DNA of 64,000 nt, taken from positions 434,001 to 498,000 of the forward strand of contig JAAOMT010000352.1 of NCBI GenBank assembly GCA_016748015.1, given 5' to 3'. Positions 13,467 to 25,228 of the stretch are shown here, piece by piece. Made by a program: the position numbers and the translations under genes. Numbering within the stretch: the first letter of the stretch is position 1; each line of letters opens with the position of its first letter. The DNA is from Geosiphon pyriformis uo1. Taxonomy: Eukaryota; Fungi; Glomeromycota. The notes beneath the pieces were generated by a model. That model had not been told where the DNA came from, ran no database searches, and worked only from the letters and a program-made list of their open reading frames with translations.

Positions 13467-16400
13467 TTAGGTTTGTTTTATTTATAACAGACCATCAGCA
13501 TTTCCATTTTTTTTTCCTTTTTTGTAATGTACTGTATAATTAAATGATGAAAGTTCTATTTTCTATTTGGCATAATGATCATCTCCAAATTTTTTGCTTT
13601 TGGATTGAAGTCAATCCTTTGTGATCAGTATATACATCAAACTTTTGACTCAAATATTTTTTCTATTTGATAACAGCCCAATAGATAGCTAAGTGTTCTA
13701 GTACTGAAGTTCCATAGTTTTTTTCAGCTGGACTTAAGCTTCTGTTGGTGTAAGTTACTAGATGTTCTTATCCATCTGGTCTTTTCTAAAATAGTACTGC
13801 TCCCAATGCTTGACCTGATGCATCTGTTGTAATTATAAATGACTTACTATGATCTGAATATATTAATACTGAAGCTTAAATAAGCTTTTTTCTTAATGTA
13901 TCAAAAGTTTCTTGCTGTGTTTTCATCTATTCATATTTGGTGTTTTTTGTTTGAAGCCAGTATAATGGCTGTACTATCTTGAAAAAGTTTTTGATAAAGT
14001 AGCAGTAGTATCCCACAAATCCCAAGAATGCTCATAATTCAGTCAAATTGGTGGGTACTGGAAAGTTTTTAACTATCTCAATTTTGTTTGGATCTGTCTT
14101 AATGTCATTTTTGCTTATGACATGTCTTAAAAACTTTAATTCTGTTTTGCCAAAAAAGTATTTGGTGGCATTTAGCTTCAATTCAGCTTTTTTTAGTCTT
14201 TCAAATACTTGTTGAAGATAATGCAAATAATCATCAAATGTTTTTGAGAACACATTGGTGTTATCCAGATATATGACTACCAATTTCCATAGTAGTCCAG
14301 TATAAATGATTTCTATGAGCCATTGAAATATGACTGAAACATTCATCAAGCCAAATGGCATCATTTCAAATTTGAAATTTTCTTCTCAAGTCGTAAAAGC
14401 CATTTTCTCTTTGTCTTTTGGTTTCATGACTACTTGCCAATAATCACTGTTTAGATCTAAAGTTAAGAACTATTTCTTTTCTCCAAAAGCATTGAACAGC
14501 TCTTGGATTTTTGGAGTTGGGTAGTTATCTTCTTTTGTTACTTTATTCAGTTTCCAGTAATCTATACAAAAGTGGATTTTCCCATTTTTCTTCTAGACTA
14601 ATACCATTAGTAATGACCATGAGCTTATTGATGGCTGAATTAGTCTGTTGTCAAGCATCTAATTGATCTTTTAACAAATGATCTTATGATTGGCTGGTAG
14701 TACTTGGTATGCTCTTTGTTTGATTGGCATTGCATCTCCAGTCTTAAATCTGATGCTGGATTATATTGGTTCTGCCAAATTCGTTTTCACTGGCAAAGAT
14801 GTTATTGAAATTGTTGAATAATATTTTAAGCTGCATATATTGTAGTAGATCTAAATTTTCTAGATTTATTTGTTCCAATTGTTCTGGTTGAAACAGATAA
14901 TATTCTTCTCGCCCATATATTGTTTGAGATGTGATATCTACATATCTGCATAGTTGTAGAAAATCTGGAATGATGTTTGGCAGTTGGTCTTCAATTTCAG
15001 TAGTTAAATATTCAATGATAGTTTCTTCTGGTATTTTGATGATGTCTCTTGTGTTATTATAAATGGGAATTTTGATGTGACTGTGGTTTTTGGCTGGTAT
15101 GTGTAGATTGACTAATCCAATTTTTCTGATTTACAAAGTATTGCTTCTGTCTCAAAAATCTGAACCTGATCTTTTACTTTTTTCTCTATGGTTACCATGT
15201 ACTAATTATATAATAGAATGGAAATTGATTGATGGGTGGAGATAATTTCTCTCTTGTTAACAATTTCTTCTTTTGTCATATTAACTGATACATCTATTCT
15301 ATCCATAGATTTGAAACTCTGTATCTCTCTAGCTGTAATTCTTAGTTCTTTTCTGTTTCTTACTGATATTAATTGAGCTATTTTAACCAGAAGCAGGAAT
15401 ATTGCTTGTGTTATCTTTTTGTTTGACTCTATAACATAAGCTTTTTCTGAGTTATTTTGTAGCATTACAATAATATTTCTTACATATCCTGTATCAATTA
15501 TTTCTCCTCTGATGTTGATTCCTTTTTTTGCCAAACTACTCCTAGATGCTAATTGAACTATTGTTGTTGTTGGAATTTCTAGTGCTACTTTGAGATCAAT
15601 ACAAGTGCATAAATGTGGTTCCAATTTGATGGTATTTTTTTCCAGATATCTCAGATTAAACTCTGTATCTATATTATGTGTATGTTTAAGCATAATGTTT
15701 CCGTTATTATTGCTAAACCATTTTAGGGTCTGTTTTTTGATGAGATAATGGAGTGTGATGTATTGTTCAGGATTTAAATCTGAGTCTGAATTATTGTTGT
15801 TGTTATTGCCAATTTGCATAGAACTGGAACTATTGTTTTTATTGTTGTTATTGTCAGAGTTTGAATTGGGATTGAAAGTTGATTCCAATTCTGATGCACA
15901 ACTGCTAATTGGTTTTTCTTCTTTTGAGATTATGTAGATCATGAATGATGATGGATTGTAAATGAGGTCACATTCATTACAATATTGAAAGTCACATAAA
16001 ATCAAACAGTAGTCACATAGTCAAATGTTAATTTCTTTTAAGTGTTGTTTCTGCTCTTCTCTGGTGAGTGCCAATTGTTGGTAATGCTCATGGAATTTTT
16101 CAGGATTGTCCTCAATGTTATCAAAAATGTCAAACATTTGGATGTATTTAGGTTCAGGAAGTAATAAGGGATTGTTTTTGATTTCTAGTAGTTTACTGGT
16201 TATTGCACCTTCTGCTTTCACACTCACTATTCTCCAAATTTCATGTTCATTGTGAGAATATCTTTTTCTATGCATCATTAATTGGGGTTTTTTTGTGCAC
16301 TCAGTTATTTATTAGGATAGTATATTGGCATATTTCATTGCATGTTTCTTCATGTTCAGAAATGTCATTCCATATTTCTTCATCAGACAAGATTGTTTCA

Positions 16401-19400
16401 CAGACTAGACAAAATTTGTTGTCCCATTTTTCTTGCCTTTTTGGTCTTCCAAACCATTTCAGGATGCATGGGCAGCAATAGAACTTGGTTGCAGTAGAGT
16501 ATTTCTTATTGTTGCCACAACACACATCTATTAACAACAATTTCTTGTTACAATCAACACATATTAGTTTCAGTTGGCAATAGTTAGACTGGTGTGATAG
16601 AAAGTAGGTATTTGGTATATAAGTAGAAGTAGTGACAGGTGCTGATTCTTTTTCTTTCTCCTTTCCTTTCCTTTTTTCTTCTCAAGTCCAAATCAGTGGC
16701 CATTCACTTTGGTTATTATTATTCCAATAACTTTGGTTGGTTTTTCAGGTAGGTTCTTCTTCTCTTCTTTCCTTTTCTTTGTCATCTCATGATGGTATTG
16801 GCAATAATTCATTGTGGTTGGCATTGGCCCAAAAAATTTGGTATGCTTCCCAGGTAGGTTTTTCTTTTTTATCATCAAACTCAATGAGTAGTGTTGACAT
16901 GTTGTTACTGGGTTTGAAATAACTACATGTTGCTGGTACTTGTGTGGATTGTTTATTCTGACTGAGTTGTAATTTTTGAGTGGTCCAGTCAAGCATCTCA
17001 TTTGTTTTGGACAGCCAGTTATTACCAATGAGTGCTTGGTATTGATTGGGTTCCATGACAATACCTTGATTGGTACAATGATACCATTAACTTCTATAAA
17101 GAAATCATTAATTTTACCAATTGGAGTTTTGGTCACTTCATTAGCTATTATAATTCTGGCACTAACAGCACAATCAACTTGGCCACTTAATTGGTTTATG
17201 AGTTGTTGTGTGATGATGCTGTTTGCTGAATCACTATCTAAGATCAGTTTTATGGTCTGACTATCGACTTTAGCATTAGTATATATGGCAGTAATAAGTT
17301 TCTCTTCGAGTGCAACTCTACTAAACAATGGTGTTTGTGATGGTTCCTCGAATTCAAATATGAAAATTGCTGCTAGTGATTTGTTGTTGGTTATAATGAC
17401 TGGAGATATGTTGCTGGTAAGTAATTTGTTTTAGTTGGGTTCCTGGTTGTTGGATGAAACATTTTCTGGGGTAACCAAGAGACTTAAATAGTGTTGAGAA
17501 TTTGGGTTTTGGGTGTATTTAGTTTTCAAATTCTGAGAGCATGTTCTTGATTGTTGGGTAAAAGAACTGGGAATCAGTTAATAAACAACCATTACCAATT
17601 TCCAGTTTTGTTGTGTCATTCTCAGCCTTTGTGTTCTGGTTTGAGATAAGTTTTGTGGCAGTGTTTAAATTTGTTGAGACTGATATATTACTTGCAACTG
17701 TGGCTGATAAATGATGGGTGCTGGAGTTTGATAAATGGGTGGTTGATAAATTGGAAACTGTGTTACTGGTAGGTAATTTGATTGATATATTTCTGGGTTG
17801 GGTTGATACTTTAGAGTTTGAAACTGGTAATTAGGGTTTTGATATTGATTTTCCAATCATTGGTTATTTATTTTTAATCTGCAGTTGATTCTCAAATGTT
17901 CTTGTTTATCATAGTAGTAACAAACACGTGTCTCTTGCTATTACTGTTGATTGGTTAAGAAGGATAGACATGACTGATTCTGGAAACAACTCACATTTCC
18001 TTGATTATTGCATTGTTGTGGAGGTTGATAAATTGTCTAATTGTTAGCTAAGTATCTTTCTAATTTTTGATTAATGGAATCACTGAATTGTTTTAACTTA
18101 GAATCTAATTCAGATAATCTGTTTATTACTAGATTGATGGCTTGAGTGTGATTAGCTTCAAGTTCTGTGAATTCAAAATCTCATGCATTGGTAACTGCAT
18201 CTTAGAGAGTTTGTGAGTGCATTAAGTATATATATTAGAGAATACTACTGCACAGTCCACAGATAAACTGGTTTAGGATCTGTGGTGCTGTAAAATAATT
18301 CATGTCAATTGCTTGTATTTGGCACAAGTTCCTATGGAAGTGTCTTAAATAAGTAATAACAGCTTTAGTTTCCCCTTGTTTTATGGTGGTAAAAGTGTTG
18401 GCTAACCAGTTAATGCTGTTATTGTTACTGAAGTATTGCAGAAATTCAAGCTTGAAGGCATTAAAATCTTGGGGTTTGTTGACCAAGCTTTAATACCAAG
18501 AGTTGGTAGTATTCTAAAAAAAATAGGAAATTGTTTACATGGCTCTGACATCATTCCATTTGTTGGCTGCAATAGCTTTTTCCACATTATTTAGCCATAC
18601 TTGAGCATTATTCTCTTTGCTGGTAAATCTCTCGAGTTTTGCTATTGGGACATAGGTCATTGGATCCAAGTTTGGTTGTTGCAGTTGTTAAAAGGATAAT
18701 TGCTGAGATAGTATTAGTGGCTGTTGAAGTTGTTTAACAATTGGATTAATTGGTTGTTGATTGATGATAATTTCTAGAAGTAAGTTTTGCTGATTAATTA
18801 ACTTAGGATTTGGATTGTTCAGAGTTTGCTAGGTTTGAATATTCAAAGTTTCAACTTCCTGATTTTTTAGGATTGGGTTTTGGTAATTAAATTCCTAATC
18901 CTCTTTTTTTTTTCTTTTAAAGCTGTTATCTTTTAAAGACTAGTGATTCCAAAGTCTGGTGAAAGTGGCAGTAATCAAAATTCTGATGGTATTGGTAATC
19001 ACAATTTGAATTCTTCAAAGTAATTGCCATATGTTCTCAATAATTCTGCTTTCTTTTGTTTACTTTGAAATGATAGTCATTCAAATGTTGATGTTGCATT
19101 TGATGTGAACATGCCTGTTGATGTGATGTTGATAGTGCTTCCAGGTGTGTGATGATATAATGAATATAGTAGAGATTCAATTTTTTGTTTCTTTTATGTT
19201 GGTAATTGTATTTTTTTTGGTGTTGCTGCTGGTGTTTGTAACTTTCCTTTACCCTTATTTGCATAGGTAATAAGGAATTGTTGTTGAATATATCTTTCAA
19301 TTTCTTGATTGATTTTCCTAATGATTGGTGCAAAACTATGATTTTGTAGTAAGTTGGTGTATTGGATTAACTCTGTATAGAAATTTTCTCTTGCTGATTC

Positions 19401-19620
19401 AATGTCAACTGATCTTTCTAAAAAATCTGTGATTTTTTCATTGACATAAAAATTAAAGGCTGATTCTGCTGGATAATAATTGTTGGTTAAGCTCAATTGT
19501 TGGCTGTACTGTTAAAATAAAGATTTAGTAAATCTTAAATGGTTTGTTCTGATTATTTCTAATTCTGCCACTTTTGGATAATTACTGTTGATGCTGGTTC
19601 TCTATAAAATTATACTTTAC
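13467..19620 (-). pseudogene. ORF1 of B: gag-PR-Cys-rich-dUTPase-RT-RNase H
   Basis: MPFGL..YLDN RT, LILDSDS protease, NADGL end of RNase H, CA motifs. Confidence 0.9.
15300..15725 (-). pseudogene. dut: dUTPase domain of B
   Basis: ORF 15202-16005 contains FNL, ASRSSLAKKG, GEIIDTGYVRNI, KITQAIF, REIQSFKS (decayed motifs 1-5). Confidence 0.9.
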
Positions 19621-19633
19621 AGAGAGCACCAAA

Positions 19634-20488
19634 TATTACAAGTGATTATTTGGAGTCTTAAAACAAATAACAAACCTGTAATTTGGTACTTAATTGATGT
19701 TAATGATGTTGGTTTCTAAAGGTTAACTGTATCTGAAGGTTTTGGTTGAACCCTTTGTATAATAGACAGAGATTCAATAGTTGTTTTTCATTTGCCTCCC
19801 AGAATTGCAATTCTGTCAAATTTTTTTTTCAATGTAATAGCCAGTAATCTTCCTGATAAGCTATTCTTAAATCTATGAGTTCTCTACCCTTGTTTCACAG
19901 GTCTTTTACCAGTCTCTATAACGTCTGTAACTTAGTGCTTTTCAATTCTTAATTAATTAGTAAAACAACAAAAAATAACAAAGAAAATAAAAAAAAATAA
20001 AAAAAAATAAAAAAATAAGCCAAGACAATTGCAAGTTAATATCCTGTTAATAGCCATAATCAAGAGCTATTGTTCCAGTGTATTTTAAGTATTAATTACT
20101 ATTAACATAAAGAGTTGATAGTGAAGAGTGAATTTGAGATAATGAATAATTATTTATTAATATTTGTAATGTAAAAGATTGCTTAGATCAAATCTAAACT
20201 GAGAGGTCTGTCTTTTCTACTTCTAACATTACTGCTATATATATATAATTAAGATTCCTTAATTCCTCAATTTTTCATACCAAGAATCCTGGAATTCCTG
20301 GAATTCAGCAATTTCTTTGAGAAGAATCTTGGAATTCTGGAATTCTGTGATTCTTTGTATGAAAATCCTGAAATTTCTGGAATTCTGTGATTTCTCTTAA
20401 AAAAAATTCTGAAATTCTACATCTACTATGACTATCTCTAATTGGCTAATTTATATACTAATATACTTTCTATATTTCATGAGTAACA
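19634..20488 (-). repeat. 5' LTR of B
   Basis: Followed on the minus strand by PBS tttggtgctctctg. Confidence 0.92.
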
Positions 20489-21969
20489 CCAGCAAACTAC
20501 TAAGACCAATTAGAATGAGACAACTATTTAATAGAATTGGAATTAACTTAGTCAAACTATTAGCAATAACCAGTAAAAGCAATTATTATATAGTAGTAGC
20601 CATAGACTATTTCACAAAATGGCCAGAGGCAAAAGCAATTCAAAAAACAGATGCAGAATCTATAGCCAAATTTGTTTACCAAGATCTGATTTGTCAATAT
20701 GGATGTCTAAAAAAATTGTTATCAGATCAAAGAACTTACTTTGTGAACAGAACATTAATGAAATTAAGTCAAAGATTTGGTATTAAAAAACCACTATCAT
20801 TACCATATTATTTACAAACCAATGGTTTAGTTGAAAAGTTCAACAGAACATTGTGTAAAGCAATTGCCAAAATCAGTCAAAAAAACCAAGATGAATAAAA
20901 TTTGATTATACCATTAGTATTATTTGCTTATTAGACAATAAAGCAAGATACCATACAAACAACACTATTTGAACTTGTGTATGATAAAACAGCAACTTTA
21001 CCAGTTGAGATAGAAGTTAACACATATTTAATTGAACCAATAACAAAAGCCAACTTTCAGAAAACATTGCTAAGAAGAATTTACAACTTAATAGAAACAT
21101 TGAAAAACAAAAGACAAAAAGCAGCTAATAACATTTAGAAGTCACAAAAAAAACAAAAAAAAACAACATGATAACCAGTTACTAGTTAAACCAGTAGAAT
21201 TCAAGATTGAAAACAAAGTACTTTTGCATTGTATTAAAGCAGAAAAACAATGGAATAGAAAATTTAACCCCAAATAAGATAGATTATTTTACATAGAAAA
21301 AATTCTAGAAAATGGAGCTTATAAATTAAGATAAAACAACAAAATTTTAGTCAAAGCAGCACATGATAATTGACTAAAATCATATCACAATATAGTATCA
21401 TTAACAATTAGTAATATTTCACAACTGGGAGTATAATAAATACTAGTCCAACCAGACAAAATTCCACAAGATTTAGAACCAATTATAATTATTGATTTAA
21501 ACATGTCAAATTAATCAACCAAAAAAGTATATAAAGACACAGTAGACGTGATAAAAGCAGCAAAAAAAATGGAAATACCAGATCATATTTACATCTTAGC
21601 TTAACAATTGTTTCAGATCTTAAATTAACAACAAATAAACATAGAAATTATCATCAACCACCAAACAATCTGCTACTAAAACACTAAACAAAAAAGAAAA
21701 GCAAAAAATACATCATATTAGCAACCACAGAACCAAACAAAAAACTGGTCAGATAAGATAGTAGAAAAAGTAAAAAACACTTTTGAGAAAATATCTATTA
21801 TGGTTCTAACAAAAAAACTTTCAAAAAAAAATTGGAAAAAATAGATAGAACAACTTTAAATACCATATTACTACTATCAGTTAGGACAAAAGTTGAATAT
21901 TTAGAAGTTATATCATAATAAAGCCAAAAAAATATTCAATCAAAAGATAATACAGAATATTAAAGACAT

Positions 21970-22947
21970 TGTTATCAGAAGTTTTTGGTCTTTTTTCTTA
22001 ACTGTTGTTAATATTAGTCTGTTGCTAATTTTATGTTTTTTAGAAGCAGTTGAATCTTCAATAACTAAATTCATCTTCAAATTATTTTCTATAATTTAAA
22101 CTACTAGGCTTATAAGTAGAATAATCAATTCCATACTAATTGCTTTGTGTAGTTATGTTGTAGTAAACATTAACTTTTTCTCAAGAATTGCTCATCTGAA
22201 AGCTCACTAAAATATGTAGTTATTTTGTTATAAAAGTCAACTTTTCTACAGGAATCTTGTCTATAGGCTACCCTAATAATTATAATAAGAAAATAAAATA
22301 AATAAAAAATAAAAAAAATGTAAAAGAAATAGAATTTTGTCAAGAAAACGTTTTCTATTCAGGCCTGAAGTTACTAACAAATTACTGAAATTGGTAGTTA
22401 ATTAATTTTAAAATGTTAGTTGTGTTGAGGGAATTTCAAGTGTAATAATTTAAAAGATTTGGTTTTCGAATATTTAATTTTTATTTAAAATGTGTAAAAG
22501 GTGATTTGTTTTAATTAAGATATCTAAAGTAAGATACTATGGTAAAATACTATGAGAAGATACATTTTTTTGAAGAAAGAAGCTCTTTTTTTATATAACT
22601 TGTTATAGTACTAGTTTTTGAACTTGCACTTTTCTCTTTGCTCTAATTTTAGTGAACTAAAGATACATTTTGGTAAACTACAAGTTATTTCTACAAACTA
22701 TTGATTATTTCGGCCAATTTTTATCAATTTCGGTGAATTTTGACTATATTAAATGGTTCAGAATATTGTGTAATTTAATCATCTTAATTTCTATAGTACA
22801 AATTGGGTTATTGATTGAGTACTAATATTTAATAATCTGATTTAAATAATAAGTAATAATCAAAATAATAATAGTATATGCTAATTAATAATAAAAATTA
22901 TGAGAATAATTTCATGCTATTTAATAGTTAAAATTCTATTGGTAACA
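21970..22947 (-). repeat. 3' LTR of C
   Basis: Near-identical to 31755-32727 apart from transitions. Confidence 0.93.
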
Positions 22948-22958
22948 TAATTTTTCTC

Positions 22959-23634
22959 TCAAGACTGAGCTCTGTTAAAGTCCAAGCACTATCTGTAATA
23001 TCAAGATAGTAGTCCAAAATAATTGAAAAGATTTGGTCTAAAAACTGTTAAAATTTCAGTTCTGTAAACTTTTCAATATATTAATCTTCATTGGATGAAG
23101 TATTGGATTTTGTAAAATATTTTCACAAGTGTTAAATAAATTATAGAGTCTAAATACTGCTTTAAGTTTGTAATAAATGTTTGTTAATTTAGCTGCTGTC
23201 TTGAATTTATTGTAAATTTGTTTTTGTATAGCTTCAGAAGTGATGTTTGTTGTTTCAAGTTCCAGTTTTTGTTCATAAAGTGTTTTCTCAATATGAAAAT
23301 ATCTATAGATAAGAGTACATTCATTGTTCTGTTCATTAAAAAATAGTAGAAGTTTTTGTTGGATTGTGGCATTTGATAGAATGTCAATAGGGGCAAATAA
23401 AAGGTTTTCTTTTAATGCTTACTTTAACAGTTCTGGTAACTGAATTCCAGAATAACTTCTTGTTTTTCTTCTATAGAAATGATAATTCTGAAAATAATTT
23501 ACTACTAGTATTGTGGTTTTTTTCTGAGTGTAATTAATTTGACTTCTATTAATTATTATGAATAAGTCAAAAAATGTTTTCAAGACTAACATTAATTTTT
23601 GGAATATTTGTTGAATATTTTGAGGAATAATCAT
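22959..23634 (-). pseudogene. ORF3 of C
   Basis: Starts MIIPQ..IIINRSQINY (aligns with MEI..EITINQQTIQY); ends RAQS* at the PPT. Confidence 0.65.
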
Positions 23635-23784
23635 GATAAAAATGACTACTTAATAAATGAAATTTGAAAAAAAATAAAGGAAATTATTGTTGAGTATAGA
23701 GCTTTATTTGTTTTTGGGTTTAAGTGTTTTTTGTAATTATTTATTATTTTTGTATTTTAAAAGAGGTTATTTAAAAATGTTAAA

Positions 23785-25170
23785 TTAAATGTTCAAGTTT
23801 GGTTGTTGTTCTATTATAACTATTGGTTCTAAATTTTAGGAAATATCTTTAGAATTAATTAAAGGTGAATGTGTACCAATTTGTAAAATTAATGATTCAG
23901 GATTGTTTCTGGAATGATAGTGTTTCAATCAATTTCTATGTGCAACTTTTGCTAGTACTTTGTTATCAAGTCTTAATTTATATGATCTATTGTCTTAAAT
24001 TTTGTAAATATAAAATGATCCATTTTATTTATGTTCAAATTTTTCACTCCATTGTTTTTTAGTCTTAATTCTGTGTAAGAAAACTTTATTCCCAACTTTA
24101 AATTCATTAGTAATTAGTGGCAATTTGTTATCATGTCTTTCTTTTTGTTGAGCTTGAGAGTATTCAATATGAGTGGCTGTTATTTGTCTTTTTCTTTTTA
24201 GTGTACTAAGAAGAGTGTAAGCTCTTCTTTGGAGTGTTTTTTAGAAGTTTTTTCCATTAATTGGTTGTACTGGATATGTTTCTACTGTGAAATTAATTGG
24301 TAATCTTGCTGTTCTTCTATAAGTAAAATCAAATAGTGTGTGTTTTATAGTATTTTGTTTTAGTGTTTTATATGCTAATAACACTAATGAAATAAAAATA
24401 TCCCATTCCTGCTCAAAATTTGTTGAAACTTTGGCTAAAGATTCACACAATGTTCTGTTGAAATATTCTACAAGTCCATTTGTTTAGAAATAATAAGGTG
24501 ATAATAGAAGTCTTTTGACATTAAATTGTTCACAAATTTCTTGTATTAAGTTGTTCATAAAATGTGTTTTTTGATCAGATAAAAGTTTAATTGGGCATTT
24601 ATGTTTATAAATAATGTTTTCATAAATGAAATTTGCTACTGATTTTGCATTTGCTCTTTAGATGGCTTTAGCTTCAGACTATTTGGTAAGATAATCTACT
24701 GTAACTGCAATATAGCAATTTCCTTGAATTGTAATAGGTAATGGTTTGACTAAATCAATTTCAACTCTGTCAAAAGATTGTTCAACTTTGATTGAATTTA
24801 GAGATTTTGTGAGGTGAGTTTCTCCTCTTTTTTAACAACTATCACAAAATTCTACATATTGTTGAATGTTTTTTTGCATGTGGGGCCAAAAATAATGTTC
24901 AAAAGTTCTCTGAATTGTTCCATTTCTTTCCAAATGTGCTGAAGAAAAATCTGTGTACATGTTGTATAGAATTGTTTCTTTTTTATTTTCTTGTACTAAT
25001 TTGAGTGGTTGGTTTAAATTTTTGTAATTCTTATAATAGATTTTGTTATGGTATATGAAATATTGTTTTGATTGGTATTGTAATCAATTTTTTTCATTTG
25101 GAAACCAATTTTCTGGTATGATAAGAGTTTCCAAATAATTTTTGATGTTGTTATAATTTCTAGAATTTAT
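23785..25170 (-). pseudogene. Integrase ORF of C
   Basis: CDSC, DYLTK, SDQKTHF, NGLVEYFNRTL, LEPIVII. Confidence 0.88.
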
Positions 25171-25228
25171 TGTTGTTTGGTTATTTTTGTTACTAGGTTG
25201 GTAAATTATAATAATATTGCTGTTGGTG

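Larger units (their letters stand above)
10538..20488 (-). mobile_element. Full-length Ty3/Gypsy element B (family 1, 9951 bp) inserted in the integrase of A; TSD CCAG
   Basis: LTRs 10538-11409 and 19634-20488; ccag at 10534-10537 and 20489-20492; PBS just below 19634; PPT just above 11409. Confidence 0.95.
10209..21514 (+). pseudogene. Integrase ORF of A, split by B (10209-10537 + 20493-21514)
   Basis: H..H/CDVC zinc finger before B; DYFTKWPEA, SDQRT, NGLVEKFNRTL after B; ends LEPIIII. Confidence 0.9.

Noticed and set aside
15755-15937. Recurrent antisense ORFs opposite the dUTPase, protease and gag regions
   Set aside because: Shadow frames of low-complexity sense codons; starts and lengths differ among copies
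3285-20488. Surviving CpGs look enriched in TCGA context
   Set aside because: Neighbouring C>T and G>A changes convert CCGG-type sites to TCGA, so the bias may be secondary; it needs a proper count
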